Shown in pieces: positions 61,868 to 64,000 of a DNA stretch of 64,000 bases. The notes beneath the pieces are model-generated. The model was not told the origin of the DNA and ran no database searches. It saw only the letters and a list, made by a program, of their open reading frames with translations. The stretch is from Tubiluchus corallicola (Eukaryota > Animalia > Priapulida): NCBI GenBank assembly GCA_030141605.1, contig JAQGDQ010000392.1, forward strand, positions 155,817 to 219,816. The letters are read 5' to 3'. Position numbers and translations under genes: made by a program. The stretch's first letter is position 1. The number at the start of each line of letters is the position of its first letter.

Positions 61868-63443
61868 TGGTCTATTAATGAACTAAAATACACTTAAGAC
61901 AGAACTACACAGACAAAGTATAAATATGTACAATTGTAATAATTCAGTTACATAATTGTTACATAAACAATAATATATAATAAAATAGTTACGTAGCAAC
62001 ACATAAGAGCAACGTGGCGCAGTTTTATTTTCACTGTCAGTTCGACTCGCTGATTCACTTATTCAGTTTGTTACATATTGATCAGAAGTCTACTAATCAG
62101 GTGAGGACTCTTAAACAAACCATGACATAATTAATAAGAACAGGTGGAATCTCCTCTATTTAGCCACGTTAATAACATACTTGAAGCCGTAGAAAGCCTC
62201 AATGGTGCAATGGTGTGTTTCTGTTCTTCATCTTCCTTAGCCTCTATGGCTTCCGCGAAGTGTCCAGAGCATTTTCTAATCTTTTCTGCTCTTATTACTG
62301 TAAACCTTTACAGTTTACTCAATATCAGTGCACTGAGTATCACCTGCAATGATAACCTATGCTGTCGCACATTTAGTTTGCGATTTATTTAAATTACTGC
62401 AATAATAATGTACCGTATGTGCTGCCACCTACATTTGAAAATATTTATTATTGAATTGACTCAAGTTTAATCCAGGTTATGACTTTGGTCAGTGCTGCTT
62501 AGTCACCTGTACCTGTTGGGCTTCCCATATATGGTAGTGTTGATTGCTAGTGTGGTTTACCAGCCAATCAGGTAAGCTCGGTGTGTGCATGTGACTTGGC
62601 TAGCTCTGCCAAGGCAGCGGGGGCTTTTTTCTTGAATCTTAAGCATTGCTGTTGAATGTTTACCAGGTGTGTTCTCTCTTGTAAATAATAGTGTAGTATG
62701 TATAAATAGAAATAAAGTATTTCACAGTTCAACACAATTTCATAGCTTTGTTTCAACCACTAGAGTGAACCAACCTACAACAGTCTACATTAACTTCAAG
62801 CTCTCTACAAATTCAATACTTCTATGCTGTCAGTTTCAAATTGTTACGTGGTTCCTTCTATGCTGTCTGCTATAAAGTTTTCTACATATGCAGACTGAGT
62901 TTCTGCGCAAAGTACTCAGCTATCCTAGCTGTTTCAAACTAGTTAACACGAAGTGCACAATTGAGTAGCTGTACAAGATACTTGACTACAAATTCGAACT
63001 TCAATGGCGTCATTTTCGGCTAAAAAAGTTGCTATTGTTGTATGATTTAGCACATGTTGATCTAGCACAAAACGGCAGGGTTGCTTATTATGTAGATGAT
63101 TATGGGGGGATCGGAACCTAATCATTATTTAGGATACTCCTGTACGAATCAAGAAAAAGTGAATAGGCGGAGGTGTTTGTGCTACGCTCGGTTTTATATA
63201 CATGCTTCTTCGGTGACACGAATAATCGGGCGGCAGTATGAAAGTGACCTTACATATGCCGCAACCCTTCACCTATTCTTCTGTTTTTCAGCATCAATTT
63301 GCTGAAGAAATTTCTGTTGCAACAACATTTTTTTATGCAATTCGGAACTTTGCAAGCCAGTAGAGTCTGGGTACTGTAGATTATTACGGCGGTAGTGGAA
63401 TCTGCTCGTTGTGAAAGATATTTTTCCAGCACCCGGAAGAGGC

Positions 63444-63519
63444 ACTGGATCAGCAAATGTGACTTGGCCATGTTCATATATATATATTTAAACATGGCCA
63501 AGTCACATTTGCTGATCCA

Positions 63520-63521
<2 letters not shown>
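63444..63521. repeat. perfect 31-bp inverted repeat with a 16-nt AT loop
   Basis: ACTGGATCAGCAAATGTGACTTGGCCATGTT (63444-63474) pairs with AACATGGCCAAGTCACATTTGCTGATCCAGT (63491-63521). Confidence 0.95.
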
Positions 63522-63581
<60 letters not shown>

Positions 63582-63595
63582 CATATATATATATA
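63521..63595. repeat. (TA)n(GA)n(TA)n microsatellite
   Basis: Direct reading. Confidence 0.95.
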
Positions 63596-64000
63596 GCGAT
63601 CGTTCAACTATTTCAAATAACTTCATTAATGATACACCTGCGGTACGTCGTTGGACTTACATTTCCTGGAAACTTTGCAGGTGATGAACTTGATGTTGCA
63701 TCTCAAAGGATGTTAAAACGTAAGGAAAGTGAGACGTGGACATAATATATAGTGCATGAATGCAATCTCTTATACAGGAACTATTCCCAAAAGTAAACGC
63801 AGTTTCTTATTTTACAAGAAATCTGCTTTCTGTCGTCCCTCGGTCACTAAATAAGATTCAATGCATTAACTTTAGAAGAAGAATACTAAACCTGAGAACT
63901 GCTTTGGGAATTGGGAATTTGCTTTTGGGCGACTGAAAACGTTAAACAAAATGTCTCCCTGTGAATAGAATGATTTTGAATAGCACAAACATTATCAACT

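Noticed and set aside
1-64000. CRISPR array or prokaryotic defence/operon system
   Set aside because: The window is spliceosomal-intron-rich animal DNA and has no repeat-spacer array; all tandem arrays lack unique spacers.

Overview
AT-rich, intron-rich genomic DNA from an invertebrate animal; the SINE and LINE types suggest a lophotrochozoan, but this is an inference. Genes in order: an intronless MOCS2A-MOCS2B molybdopterin synthase pair (+), followed 163 nt later by the 14-exon ESF1 CDS (+); FAU (FUBI-RPS30) on the minus strand with a 5'TOP first exon; a 23-exon PPP6R/SAPS-family gene (+) that probably contains a GC-AG intron; and a 3-exon GPI-anchored Ly6/quiver-like gene (-). Mobile DNA includes a 719-bp MULE-like element with 33-bp TIRs and a 9-bp TSD, hAT-type MITEs, a young 5'-truncated CR1-group LINE inserted inside a Meta-domain SINE, a second copy of that SINE, a Penelope-like relic, and a CCA-bearing tRNA-Ser retrocopy flanked by a TSD. 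The most interesting signal is the uORF-MOCS2A-MOCS2B-ESF1 cluster, which looks co-transcribed. Its MOCS2B carries a reciprocal Arg/Lys swap at two active-site positions, and a promoter-laden transposon lies upstream. All exon boundaries were read by eye and no searches were run.
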